A stretch of DNA of 39,716 nucleotides from Nitrospinota bacterium (GCA_030754595.1 JASLZZ010000062.1:1-39716), one strand, 5' to 3'; counted from the first letter of the stretch, positions 17,637-27,050 are shown. Translations and numbers: made by a program. Notes: generated by a model from the sequence alone, not told the origin.

Positions 17637-19313
17637 CTAGCGCTCGAGGGGCTCGAGGTCGATGGCGGCGTCGATGAGCCAGGGCTTGCCCGAGGCGAGG
17701 GCGGCCTGGACGGCCTCGATGAGCTCGGCGGGGGTCTCGGCGCTCGTGGCGCCCACACCCATCGACCTCGCCAGGCCCGGGAAGTCGAGGGGCGGGTCGT
17801 TGAGGTCCATCGCCGGGAACTGGCGGAACTCGTTGGCCTTGCCGTCGAGGTTGAGGATGCGCTCCTTGAGGATGCGGTAGGAGCGGTTGTTGGCGATGAT
17901 CCAGACGGCGCTCAGGCCGTAGCGGGCGGCCGACCAGAGGGTCTGGATGGTGTACATGGCCGAGCCGTCGCCCGAGACGCAAACCACCGGGCGGTCAGGC
18001 ATCGCCGCCTTCACGCCCAGGGCGGTGGGCAGGCCCATGCCGATTCCGCCGCCCTTCATGCCGAAAAGGTCGGTGGCTTTTCCGCCGATGGCCCGGCGGA
18101 GGGCGTTTCCGCCGGTCGTCAGGGATTCGTCCACAAAGGCTGCGCCCTCGGGCAAGGCCTCCCGAATCGCTGCCTGAAAAGCCGCACGGGACATGCCGGG
18201 CTTGGTTTCTTCTCCTAGCTTGAAGGCCGGGTCCACGGTCTCCCAGTAGCGGCGGGTCTCCGCCTCCACCTCCGCGCGGCGTTCCTGAGCCCTCTGGCGC
18301 TCCGGGACGCCCCACATTTCGCCTATAGCGCTTGTAATTATAGGCAAAGTGGTCTTCGGGTCGCCATAAAGGGCCGCCTCCACCGGAAAGTTCTTCCCGA
18401 TATCCCATGAGTTCAGGTCGAGGTGAATGGCGCGGACATGCTCCGGAATGGGATGAACGTCGGGGGGGAATGAGAGCACGAGGGGCTCGGAACCGATGAA
18501 GAATAATATATCGGCGTCCTCGAGCAACTCGCGCATTTTTCCAGCGATCCTCGGAAGATCCCCCGCAAACTGTGGATGTGTTACGGGAAAGCTGAAAGCA
18601 TTTGAGGCGCACTCGCCGTATACTTTTGCGCCAATCAATTCGCTGAGTTTAATCAATTCTTCCATTGCGTCCGAGCGGGCGACGCCCTGGCCTGTTATTA
18701 GAATGGGCCGTTTCGCGGCAACAAGGAGTTTCGCCGCCCGGTCGATAGCTTCCGCGGACGCTGGAAACTGGGTGGGTATCCGCGTAGGCGAACCGATGAT
18801 ACCGCCTGCTTCGGTCTGGAGAACGTCACCGGGAAGCGAAAGAAAGACTGGTCCGGTGGGCGGCGTCAAGGCCACCTTGATGGCGCGGCGGACAGCATGT
18901 TCCAGGTCTCCCACATCCCTGACCTCATATGCCCATTTGGTTAGTGGCTCGGCCATCCTCGGGAGGTCGTCCCAAAGGATTATTTCGTGGAAGTGGCCCG
19001 GTTGGCCCTGATTTCCTGTCACCAGAACAAGGGGCGAGCCGGCGCGCTTTGAGTTGTAAAGATTTCCCATGGCGTTGCCGAGGCCGGGAGCAACGTGGAG
19101 GTTGACGATTCCCGGGCCACCAGTAGCGAACGCATAGCCTTCCGCCGCGGCGACGGCGACGGACTCTTGAAGGCAAAGATAGTATTGAAGGCGATTTTCA
19201 TTTACCAAGGCATCCATCAATGGGAGTTCGGTAGTTCCTGGATTTCCGAAAATACACTTCACCCCTTCGTCTAAAAGGGTTTCCAAGAACAAGGTGGCGC
19301 CATTGGTTTTCAT
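17637..19313 (-). CDS. Thiamine diphosphate-dependent enzyme, benzoylformate decarboxylase-like
   Basis: IFGNPGTTELP, catalytic Glu in LQESVA, NLHVAPGLGN, ThDP motif GDGSAMY...NN; GAAGGGA RBS. Confidence 0.88.
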   Translation of the reverse strand: MKTNGATLFLETLLDEGVKCIFGNPGTTELPLMDALVNENRLQYYLCLQESVAVAAAEGYAFATGGPGIVNLHVAPGLGNAMGNLYNSKRAGSPLVLVTGNQGQPGHFHEIILWDDLPRMAEPLTKWAYEVRDVGDLEHAVRRAIKVALTPPTGPVFLSLPGDVLQTEAGGIIGSPTRIPTQFPASAEAIDRAAKLLVAAKRPILITGQGVARSDAMEELIKLSELIGAKVYGECASNAFSFPVTHPQFAGDLPRIAGKMRELLEDADILFFIGSEPLVLSFPPDVHPIPEHVRAIHLDLNSWDIGKNFPVEAALYGDPKTTLPIITSAIGEMWGVPERQRAQERRAEVEAETRRYWETVDPAFKLGEETKPGMSRAAFQAAIREALPEGAAFVDESLTTGGNALRRAIGGKATDLFGMKGGGIGMGLPTALGVKAAMPDRPVVCVSGDGSAMYTIQTLWSAARYGLSAVWIIANNRSYRILKERILNLDGKANEFRQFPAMDLNDPPLDFPGLARSMGVGATSAETPAELIEAVQAALASGKPWLIDAAIDLEPLER

Positions 19314-19903
19314 TTTTATCCCTTCGGTTTAAAGAGGACTAGGTTATAAGAACCTCCGCTTTTCCCTCTGCGGCATTATTGCCGGCAATTTTAAGGGATT
19401 TTCGGGTATTAGGAGGCACGCTCAATCCAGCTCGGGCTTAACAAGAGGTGCTTCATGCTGAATCTTTCAAATTCCGTGTGGTGCAAATAGGATTTAAGTA
19501 TTATGAGCACAGTTAGCGTGTTCCGCTAGTGTCTTATAGAACAGAAAATTTCATTTCCACTACTCCCAGATTCGACTGCTGATTGGGCCGCACTCTGAGC
19601 GGCCTGAACCTCACCAAGAAGGTTCTTCATTAGTTGGGTGGCTTCTCTCAAAACATCCATGCGGCAAGGGCCGCCCAGGTAGCCATGCAGATTTTCGCCG
19701 GAACCCAAGGAGGAGATGCTCTCCTTTTCCCATGGAGCGCTCGAGGGCGCCTCGGGCCCTAAGGCGAAAATATCGATCCGCGCCCCCAAGCGAATCTCCC
19801 GCCGTTTGACGGCATTTCCTGTGAATGTCTCCCCGTGTTTTTGCGGGATTTGCCGTTTTGCATTGAGTTATTCCTGTTATTGAGAAATTGGAATTTTCTC
19901 CCG

Positions 19904-19932
19904 TTGACGAGGGGCAAATAGGCTTATATGAT
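19904..19932 (+). promoter_or_regulatory. Putative sigma-70 promoter upstream of the wecA-like gene
   Basis: TTGACG-N17-TATGAT. Confidence 0.65.
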
Positions 19933-20061
19933 TTATTTTATTAGCTACAGGTTACCTTCCTTGTTAATACTTATGGGGAGATTGAAAGAGTTTGCCCTTA
20001 TTTTGTGCTTTTAACCCGTATAAATATTCCAGTCCGCCGCTTGAAATGAAAGAAAATTTAG

Positions 20062-21867
20062 ATGCTGTCAATTCCTGTGAAATTCGAGCCTATTCCATAC
20101 GCATTTTTTATTGCCCTCATTGTTGTATTGTCTCTTACACCTTTCGTCAAAATGTTCTCCTCAAAATTCGGTTTTTTAGCCCAGCCTGGTGGGTCCAGGT
20201 GGCACAGGGAGCCAACCCCTTTGATGGGCGGTCTTTCCATTTTTGCCGGTGTTGCGCTGGGGTTGGTGTACTTTCTTATTGATTTTTGGGAACCACGCTT
20301 GCTCGGTTTTGTCTTGGGCGGTTTGGTTGTTTTCGTCGTCGGTCTTTGGGACGATGTTTCGAGCCTTAGACCAGTCACAAAGCTCTTGGGGCAGATTATT
20401 GCAGCTTGTATCGCAGTATCGACGGGTACGCTCTTCAATTTTGGTGGTCATGAGCTTTTTGCCGTTTTGTTGACTATTTTCTGGATTGCTTCTGTCACCA
20501 ATGCTTTTAATTTAATCGACAACATGGATGGCTTATGCGCCGGAACGGCTTGTATCTCGGGCCTAGTTCTAGTTGCTTACGCTTTTGTAAACGGAGATCC
20601 CGTGGTCGGCATGATTTCAGCCGCTTTTGTCGGGGCTTGTTTGGGTTTCCTTTGGTACAATTTTTCGCCGGCATCGATTTTCATGGGTGACAGCGGAAGT
20701 ATGATGATTGGATATACTTTTGCCGTGGTTTCAATCATGGCTACGGGAAAAGGGGTGGGTAATTTTGTCGCCACCTTGGCGATTCCGGTGTTGGTGTTGG
20801 GCGTTCCTATTTTCGATACGGCGCTTGTTTCTTTTTCCCGAATTTTTATGGGCAAGCGCATCTCGCAAGGCGGAACGGATCATACCTCTCACAGGCTGGT
20901 AATACTGGGATTAAGCGAACGCCAAACCGTTCTGTTGATTTATGCGTTTAGTCTCATTCTCGGCACTACAGCGTTCCTCTATGCCTATCTGAATTTTTCG
21001 ATTGTTATCGTTTTTTCGGTGATTTTAATTTCATGTGCGGTTGTTTTCGGCCTTTTCCTTGGTGAGGTAAAAGTGGAACCGGTGGAACTTACATCGGCAT
21101 TGAGCGAGCGAAAAGGGTCTCATCCGGCGGTCCTGGGAACGAATGTTTTTCACAAGCGCGCGTTTGTCGAAATGTTGCTTGACTTGGTGGCGATATGTCT
21201 GGCCTTTTACGCCGCGACGTTGTTACGCTATGAGGCCGAGCTTACACCCACCCGGATTGCCCGGATATGGGTGAGCTTGCCTGTCATAATTCCCGTGAAA
21301 CTAATTGTTCTCTATGCGTTCGGTCTTTATCGGAGCATGTGGCGATATCTTGGTTTCGTGGATCTGATTCACATTTTCAGGGCCGTAACGACATCTTCGG
21401 TTTTAAGCGTCGTAGCTGTTCTTATGGTTTGGAACTTCGAAGGGTATTCGCGGACTGTTTTTGTCATCGATTGGATGATAATGCTCATGTTGGTGTCCGG
21501 TTTGCGGCTCATGTTTCGAGGGCTTCGCGACACACTTTCAGGCACTCAAAAAAATACAGGCAAGCGCGTTCTGATCATAGGGGCGGGGGATGCAGGGGAG
21601 ATGCTGGTAAGGGAAATGCAAAACAATTCCCGTTTAGGTTATTTGCCCATTGGATTTATTGACGATAATCCGGGGAAAATCGGCCGCAGGATGTTTGGGC
21701 TCGAGGTTATGGGAAGCAGATCGGATTTAAGGCGAATCATCGTGGAAGAGCGGGTCGAAGAGGTCATTGTTGCCATTCCCTCCGTCCCGGAAGATGATCT
21801 GGCCGATTTCTTTTACCCGTGCACCGAGCTTGGGGTTCCTTGCCGCAGGACTCACAGCCTTATTTAA
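20062..21867 (+). CDS. WecA/MraY-family polyprenyl-phosphate GlcNAc-1-P transferase fused to a CapD/PglF-like membrane + CoA-binding (Rossmann) region
   Basis: H..PTPLMGG, GLWDD, NAFNLIDNMDGL, IFMGDSGS, PIFDT, DHTSHRL; then GLYRSMWRY...DL and VLIIGAGDAGE...GFIDDNP.K.G; ends without a dehydratase domain. Confidence 0.88.
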   Translation: MLSIPVKFEPIPYAFFIALIVVLSLTPFVKMFSSKFGFLAQPGGSRWHREPTPLMGGLSIFAGVALGLVYFLIDFWEPRLLGFVLGGLVVFVVGLWDDVSSLRPVTKLLGQIIAACIAVSTGTLFNFGGHELFAVLLTIFWIASVTNAFNLIDNMDGLCAGTACISGLVLVAYAFVNGDPVVGMISAAFVGACLGFLWYNFSPASIFMGDSGSMMIGYTFAVVSIMATGKGVGNFVATLAIPVLVLGVPIFDTALVSFSRIFMGKRISQGGTDHTSHRLVILGLSERQTVLLIYAFSLILGTTAFLYAYLNFSIVIVFSVILISCAVVFGLFLGEVKVEPVELTSALSERKGSHPAVLGTNVFHKRAFVEMLLDLVAICLAFYAATLLRYEAELTPTRIARIWVSLPVIIPVKLIVLYAFGLYRSMWRYLGFVDLIHIFRAVTTSSVLSVVAVLMVWNFEGYSRTVFVIDWMIMLMLVSGLRLMFRGLRDTLSGTQKNTGKRVLIIGAGDAGEMLVREMQNNSRLGYLPIGFIDDNPGKIGRRMFGLEVMGSRSDLRRIIVEERVEEVIVAIPSVPEDDLADFFYPCTELGVPCRRTHSLI

Positions 21868-21919
21868 CCCTTTATCTGAAGTTGGCGAAAAAGCGACCTT
21901 ATCGCTCCTTCTCTCCCGT

Positions 21920-22780
21920 TTATTTTTCCACCGTTGCCTTTTCAATGTCGATCATCGCGCTCATGCCGATATCGGCGAACATGTCGGCCTGGATAGCTTC
22001 CATTTCCTCGGATGTCATATCGTCCCAGTTCGTATCCGAAATAGTTGCCTCGTAACACGCCTTCCAGGCGCGGTAGGCGGCGAGCAGAGGGCGGGCCGGG
22101 TCGATCAGGATACGGCAGCCGAGTCCGGCCACGTCGGCCAAGGTCAGGCCGAGCCGCTTGAGCCCGCCGGGCGGTAGGTTGAACATGAAGGGTGGTTCCA
22201 GTCGCGCCGCCAGGATTTCGAATTCCTCGACCGTGCGCGGCGCCAGCATCAATAGATCGACCCCGGTTTTCTTGTACGCTTCCGCCCGGCGCAACGCGTC
22301 GTCCATGTTCGAGGCGCGGATGGCGTTGGTGCGCCCGACGATCAACATTTCCGGGTCCCTCCGCGTGGCGACGGCTTCGCGGAGTTTGTCCGCCATCAAT
22401 TCCAACGGGATCATGTGTTCGACGCCGATGTGGTGGTGGGCGCGTTTGGGGATAATCTGATCCTCGATTTCGATGGCCGCGAACCCGGCGGCTTGCGCAG
22501 TGGTGATGACGCGGTGTATGTGCATCGGGTCGCCCCAGCCGCACGCCGCGTCCAGGATCAACGGCGCGTCCACCGCCGCGCGGATTTCAATGCCAAGCTG
22601 CGTCATCTCCGTCAGGTTTAGGTTGGCTTCCAGGACGGTCTTCACATAACCCAGCGTACCGCCGCCGAGATACAGCGCCGGAAAGCCCGCCGCCGTCGCA
22701 ATCCGGGCCATCAACGGGTTGAACACGACGGTGGCGAGAACGGCTTCATCGCCTGAGACGAGAGAACGAAGCGAGGTCAT
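21920..22780 (-). CDS. Isocitrate lyase / PEP mutase superfamily enzyme (PrpB or oxaloacetate decarboxylase-like)
   Basis: ARIA..AGF.ALY, ILDAACGWG, IEIEDQ..PKR, IVGRTNA, RAEAY...GVD; AAGGAG RBS. Confidence 0.88.
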   Translation of the reverse strand: MTSLRSLVSGDEAVLATVVFNPLMARIATAAGFPALYLGGGTLGYVKTVLEANLNLTEMTQLGIEIRAAVDAPLILDAACGWGDPMHIHRVITTAQAAGFAAIEIEDQIIPKRAHHHIGVEHMIPLELMADKLREAVATRRDPEMLIVGRTNAIRASNMDDALRRAEAYKKTGVDLLMLAPRTVEEFEILAARLEPPFMFNLPPGGLKRLGLTLADVAGLGCRILIDPARPLLAAYRAWKACYEATISDTNWDDMTSEEMEAIQADMFADIGMSAMIDIEKATVEK

Positions 22781-22858
22781 GACGGACTCCTTAGATTGTG
22801 TGTCGAATGTGGTCCGCGAAGTTCATAGCGCCGGGTAGTGTGGCCGGGTTTGAGTAAA

Positions 22859-23971
22859 TTAGCTGTAAAACCCTCGAATGGCTTGGACCACGTACTCCTG
22901 CGCCTTCTCGGTGATTTCAGGAAACATGGGAAGCGCAAGAACTTCGTTGCTGGCCCTTTCGCTTTCGGGGAAGTCTCCCCTGTTGTAGCCATAGCGCCGA
23001 AAGCAGGGTTGAACATGAAGGGGAAGCGGATAATAAACGCCCGTGGATATTTCCTTTTCTTTCAAACGATCTCTAAGCGAATCCCGGTCGCGAGCCCGTA
23101 TCACATATTGATGGAACACATGATTGTTCCCTGGAATTTCCGGCGGAGCTACAATATCGCCTGAAATGCCCGAATTTTCGAGAAGGGAGTCATAGGTAAG
23201 TGCGTGCGCTCTTCGTTTTGTTGTCCATTCGTCCAGGTATTTCAGTTTGACCTGAAGTACAGCTGCTTGAAGCGTGTCGAGCCGGAAATTGCCTCCTACT
23301 TCCTCGTAAACGTATTTTTCCATGGAGCCGTGGACCCTTAATTTCTTGAGGCGGTTAAACAGTTTTTCGTCTTGCGTGACGACCATCCCGGCGTCACCGA
23401 AAGCCCCCAGATTCTTGGTCGGGAAAAAAGAGTAACAACCCGCATCGCCGATTGCGCCCGCAATCCCCTGGTCCGTCCGTGCTCCAATGGCCTGGGCGGC
23501 ATCCTCCACGATATAGATATCATTTTCTTTTGCGATCTTCAGAAGTGGTTCCATTGAAACGCATCGCCCGAAGAGATGGACGGGTATTATCGCCTTGGTT
23601 TTTTCCGTGATGACTTCTTCCACTTTTGCAACGTCAAGATTAAAGCTCTCCGGCTCGATATCGACGAAAACAGGCCGGGCGCCAAGCCGGACAATTACCC
23701 CGGCGGTCGCAAAAAAAGTAAACGGAGTTGTGATGATTTCGTCTCCCGGGGAAATATTGAGCGCCATCAGGGCGAGCAACAGTGCATCGGTCCCCGACGA
23801 TACGCCGACGGCATGTCGGGCGCCGCAATAGTCGGACAACTCTTTTTCAAGAGCTTCGATCTCCGGTCCTAATATGAATTGCCGGTGAGCCATCACGTTT
23901 TCAATCGCCACATGAATCTCGGCCTGAGTTCGCTCTACTTGGTTCGTTAGGTCGAACTGGGGTACTCGCAT
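22859..23971 (-). CDS. DegT/DnrJ/EryC1/StrS PLP-dependent sugar aminotransferase (WbpE-like)
   Basis: SGTDAL, FTFFATA, PVHLFG, EDAAQA, SFFPTKNLGAFGDAG, NFRLDTLQAA, YYPLPLH. Confidence 0.93.
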   Translation of the reverse strand: MRVPQFDLTNQVERTQAEIHVAIENVMAHRQFILGPEIEALEKELSDYCGARHAVGVSSGTDALLLALMALNISPGDEIITTPFTFFATAGVIVRLGARPVFVDIEPESFNLDVAKVEEVITEKTKAIIPVHLFGRCVSMEPLLKIAKENDIYIVEDAAQAIGARTDQGIAGAIGDAGCYSFFPTKNLGAFGDAGMVVTQDEKLFNRLKKLRVHGSMEKYVYEEVGGNFRLDTLQAAVLQVKLKYLDEWTTKRRAHALTYDSLLENSGISGDIVAPPEIPGNNHVFHQYVIRARDRDSLRDRLKEKEISTGVYYPLPLHVQPCFRRYGYNRGDFPESERASNEVLALPMFPEITEKAQEYVVQAIRGFYS

Positions 23972-24220
23972 GGAAATAAAAAGCCTCTGTTATGTGAGAA
24001 TTAAGCCCGGGCGATTGAAACTCATCAGGAAAATTAGCGAAATTATCTCCCCCGACAATCTGTTTCTGCAATATGCCAATTAGTAAGGCATGAAACAAAC
24101 CCGGAATTTGATCGATGAATTATGGTCAAGAAGCGGGCGACTCGGACATATTTGCTCTTAATGATATATGATGAAGTCGATATTGAAGAAGAACCGCCCT
24201 TTTTGTTTTGAGTTCCCGGT

Positions 24221-25477
24221 ATGTCTGAAAACAAGCCTTTGCGCATCCTTCGCATTATTGCACGCCTCAACGTGGGTGGTCCTGCCCGCCATGTCATCCT
24301 TCTGACGGAAAAGTTCCGGGAAAAAGGATGGATATCCGAATTGGTGGTTGGCGAAGTGGGGAAAGATGAAGCGTCCATGGAGGACATGGCGTTTGACAGG
24401 AATATTCATCCAATAAAAATCGATGTCCTCGGGAGAGAAATTCACCCGGTGCAGGATCTCCTCCTGGTGTGGAAGCTTTTTTGGCTTTTGCGCAAGTTAA
24501 AGCCGGATATTGTTCACACACACACCGCTAAGGCCGGCGGCGCGGGCCGGGCCGCCGCCTTCCTCTATCGGCGGCTCCATTTGAAGGGACTATGGAGCCC
24601 CTTGCCGCTTCAGGTCTATCACACGTTTCATGGGCATGTACTTCACGGATATTTCTCACCCCTTAAGGAGTGGATTTTCCTGCAAATTGAAAGACTGTTG
24701 GCAAAAGTGTCAACGAATCTGATTACATTGAGCCCTTCGCTCCGGGAGGAACTGGCTCGTTTGGGTGTGGCCCCCCAGGAAAGAATAAGAATCGTTCCTT
24801 TGGGCATCGAGCTTGAGCCTTATCTGGGGTGCGAAGAAAGTGTGTCAGGAGAAAGTTCCCTTCGTGCGGAGCTGGGGGTTGATTCGGATACGCCCCTCGT
24901 GGGAATCATCGGCCGCTTGGTTCCGATTAAAGACCATTCAATTTTCTTCCGGGCGGCGGCTTCACTAATTAAGGAATTTAGGAATGAGAAGGCTTCGATG
25001 GCTCATTTTGTCATCGTGGGCGGAGGCGAACTTCTCGAAAGTCTCGAGGCGGAAGTTCGTGAACTGGGAATTGAGGACAGATGTCATTTTGCTGGCTGGC
25101 GGTCTGATCTTCTTCTCATATACGAAAGCTTGAATCTTGTGGCATTAACCTCGCGAAATGAAGGAACCCCTCTTTCATTGATTGAGGCGATGGCTGCGGC
25201 ATGTCCGATTGTCGCGACATCGGTGGGCGGCGTTCCGGATTTGGTGGGGTGGAATGAATCCGGATCCGAAATTCCCGAGGGTGGGTTTGACGAACTTCCC
25301 GTGGGGGCTCTGGTTCGCCCGGGAGATAAAGAGGGATTGTCGCGGGCGATGAAATACCTACTGGAAGATGGAAATCGAGCCGTCGAAATGGGCCGGGCGG
25401 GGCGAAACCGGGTGCGAGAGCGCTACTCCATTAATCGGCTGGCGAATGATTTGGAGGCCCTTTACCTTAAAGGATAG
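24221..25477 (+). CDS. Glycosyltransferase family 4 (GT-B)
   Basis: RIIARLNVGGPA, VHTHTAKAG, HTFHGHV, GRLVPIK, SRNEGTPLSLIEAMAA. Confidence 0.92.
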   Translation: MSENKPLRILRIIARLNVGGPARHVILLTEKFREKGWISELVVGEVGKDEASMEDMAFDRNIHPIKIDVLGREIHPVQDLLLVWKLFWLLRKLKPDIVHTHTAKAGGAGRAAAFLYRRLHLKGLWSPLPLQVYHTFHGHVLHGYFSPLKEWIFLQIERLLAKVSTNLITLSPSLREELARLGVAPQERIRIVPLGIELEPYLGCEESVSGESSLRAELGVDSDTPLVGIIGRLVPIKDHSIFFRAAASLIKEFRNEKASMAHFVIVGGGELLESLEAEVRELGIEDRCHFAGWRSDLLLIYESLNLVALTSRNEGTPLSLIEAMAAACPIVATSVGGVPDLVGWNESGSEIPEGGFDELPVGALVRPGDKEGLSRAMKYLLEDGNRAVEMGRAGRNRVRERYSINRLANDLEALYLKG

Positions 25478-25598
25478 AGGGGTAATTACGGGGATATCTC
25501 CTAGGGAAATCATCTAGATTAGTTGAAATTCATAGACCGGCACTTTTCAAGGAATTACCGTAATTTTTCCGGCCCAAGAGAAATCCTTCACTTTTTAA

Positions 25599-25657
25599 TT
25601 GACAAGTCCCTTGCTTGTGTGTTCATAATATGAACGATTGAGGTTCATGAAATGAAC
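25599..25657 (+). promoter_or_regulatory. Promoter region with tandem palindromic operator GTTCAT-N3-ATGAAC (two copies)
   Basis: TTGACA at 25599; GTTCATaatATGAAC at 25621-25635 and GTTCATgaaATGAAC at 25643-25657. The first overlaps a CATAAT -10-like hexamer, though the spacer is a non-ideal 19 nt. Confidence 0.75.
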
Positions 25658-25725
25658 ATATATGTGATTGATTTTTAGGAAGATATCATCATGCTTTTGT
25701 GTTCTTTCGCACAACCTTTGGGGGG

Positions 25726-26223
25726 ATGATGGATTGGTATGTGGTTCATACGAAAAGCCGGCATGAACGAATAGTTCGAGATTCCCTGGTTCAGGCTGGT
25801 CATTGCGTATTTCTCCCCGAAAAGGTGGCATGGAGTCGTCGGAGAGACCGCCGCAGGCAAATTTCAATCCCTCTTTTTCCCGGATATCTCTTTGTAGAGC
25901 CAAGCACAAGGGACAACTGGTTGCGTGAGGTCATTACGGTTCGTTCGGTTGTGCGTGTTTTAGGAGTGGATAGTTGTCCTATTCCGATTCCAAGAAGCGA
26001 AATTGATTCTCTTCGAATTCTTGTTGATAGCGGAGAACTATTAGCACCTGTTTCGGGTATATGCCAGGGAGATCGGGTTAGGGTCGAGGAAGGACCGTTT
26101 TCCGGAGCCGAGGGCGTTGTTATTCGCAGAGGTCGTAAATGCCATCTGGTGGTAAATATTTCGCTAATGCAGCGATTCGTTTCGGTGGTTTTGAATGAAA
26201 ATATTTTAGCAAAGGTTTCGTGA
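25726..26223 (+). CDS. UpxY/RfaH/NusG-family transcription antitermination factor
   Basis: WYVVHTKSRHE, PLFPGYLFV (NGN domain), GDRVRVEEGPFSGAEG (KOW). The start is probably ATG 25726 or 25729 rather than 25699. Confidence 0.9.
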   Translation: MMDWYVVHTKSRHERIVRDSLVQAGHCVFLPEKVAWSRRRDRRRQISIPLFPGYLFVEPSTRDNWLREVITVRSVVRVLGVDSCPIPIPRSEIDSLRILVDSGELLAPVSGICQGDRVRVEEGPFSGAEGVVIRRGRKCHLVVNISLMQRFVSVVLNENILAKVS

Positions 26224-26447
26224 ATATCGGGATTCGCAAGGTGACATAGGCCAATGGAGTCTTAAGGTTTAATCGGACTTATTTTCTAGAAGTTATCGAA
26301 AATGATTCGGACTGTTATTGGGGTCTGAACCTCAAGTTGCGTGGATGTAACTACTTGTAATTTAAATGTTTATATGATTTTTGCCATGTAATCGAGAGGG
26401 CGGAGCTATGTCTGCCCCCTTGTTCTGGGCTTATCGGAGTTATTGAT

Positions 26448-27050
26448 TTGCGTAAAGAGGATATCCAGGAACTTAAATTAATGGAGGAAGTATTTAAGAA
26501 CGAAGGGATCGCTACGCAACGGGAACTTGCCCAGAATCTGAATATTTCGCTCGGGCTGGTAAACGCTTTCATCAAACGAATCGTGCGAAAAGGTTACTTC
26601 AAGGTAGCTACGATTCCCGGGCGACGGATGCGTTATCTGCTCACGCCCAAGGGGGTCGCCGAAAAATCTCGCCTTACCGCGGAATATCTTCAGTACTCTC
26701 TTTCCTATTATGTTGAAATTCGCAAGAGGCTAATGCTTTATGCGGAAGAATTAAGGAAAGAGAATGTGCAAAAAGTGGTACTTGTGGGGACAGGGGAGCT
26801 CGCCGAACTTTTTACGCTAGCTCTGCAGCAAGCGAAAATCGAGATTACCCAACTTTTTTCAGAAGATGATAATAACGCTCGCCGGTTTTTAGGTTATCCG
26901 GTCGAGCCTCTAAGCGCTCTCAAGAACTTCGATGAAAAATCGTTCGATAAGATTTGTTTGATAGGGATTGAGGACGTTACATTAGTGCAATCGCGCCTCG
27001 GAGAAATTGGGGATTTGAGGGATCAAATAGTGATTTGCCCTGAATTTTGA
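26448..27050 (+). CDS. Winged-helix (MarR-like, EPS-locus-associated) transcriptional regulator with C-terminal Rossmann-like domain
   Basis: TQRELAQNLNISLGLVN, YLLTPKG..EK..LT..YL, then VVLVGTGELAE; TTG start after GGAG. Confidence 0.88.
   Translation: MRKEDIQELKLMEEVFKNEGIATQRELAQNLNISLGLVNAFIKRIVRKGYFKVATIPGRRMRYLLTPKGVAEKSRLTAEYLQYSLSYYVEIRKRLMLYAEELRKENVQKVVLVGTGELAELFTLALQQAKIEITQLFSEDDNNARRFLGYPVEPLSALKNFDEKSFDKICLIGIEDVTLVQSRLGEIGDLRDQIVICPEF

Noticed and set aside
21920..22780. PEP mutase / phosphonate biosynthesis linked to the glycan locus
   Set aside because: The EDK-x5-NS PEP mutase signature is missing (it reads EDQIIPKRAHH), and the ThDP enzyme is not phosphonopyruvate decarboxylase-like.
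22859..23971. Calling the DegT aminotransferase pseC
   Set aside because: It is on the opposite strand and outside the operon, and its motifs (SFFPTKNLG, NFRLDTLQAA) are WbpE-like rather than PseC-like (SFHPVK). A role in trans cannot be excluded.
26398..26412. RfaH ops-like element GGCGGAGCTATG
   Set aside because: It differs from GGCGGTAGnnTG at core positions, and ops is specific to enterobacterial RfaH; too weak to call.
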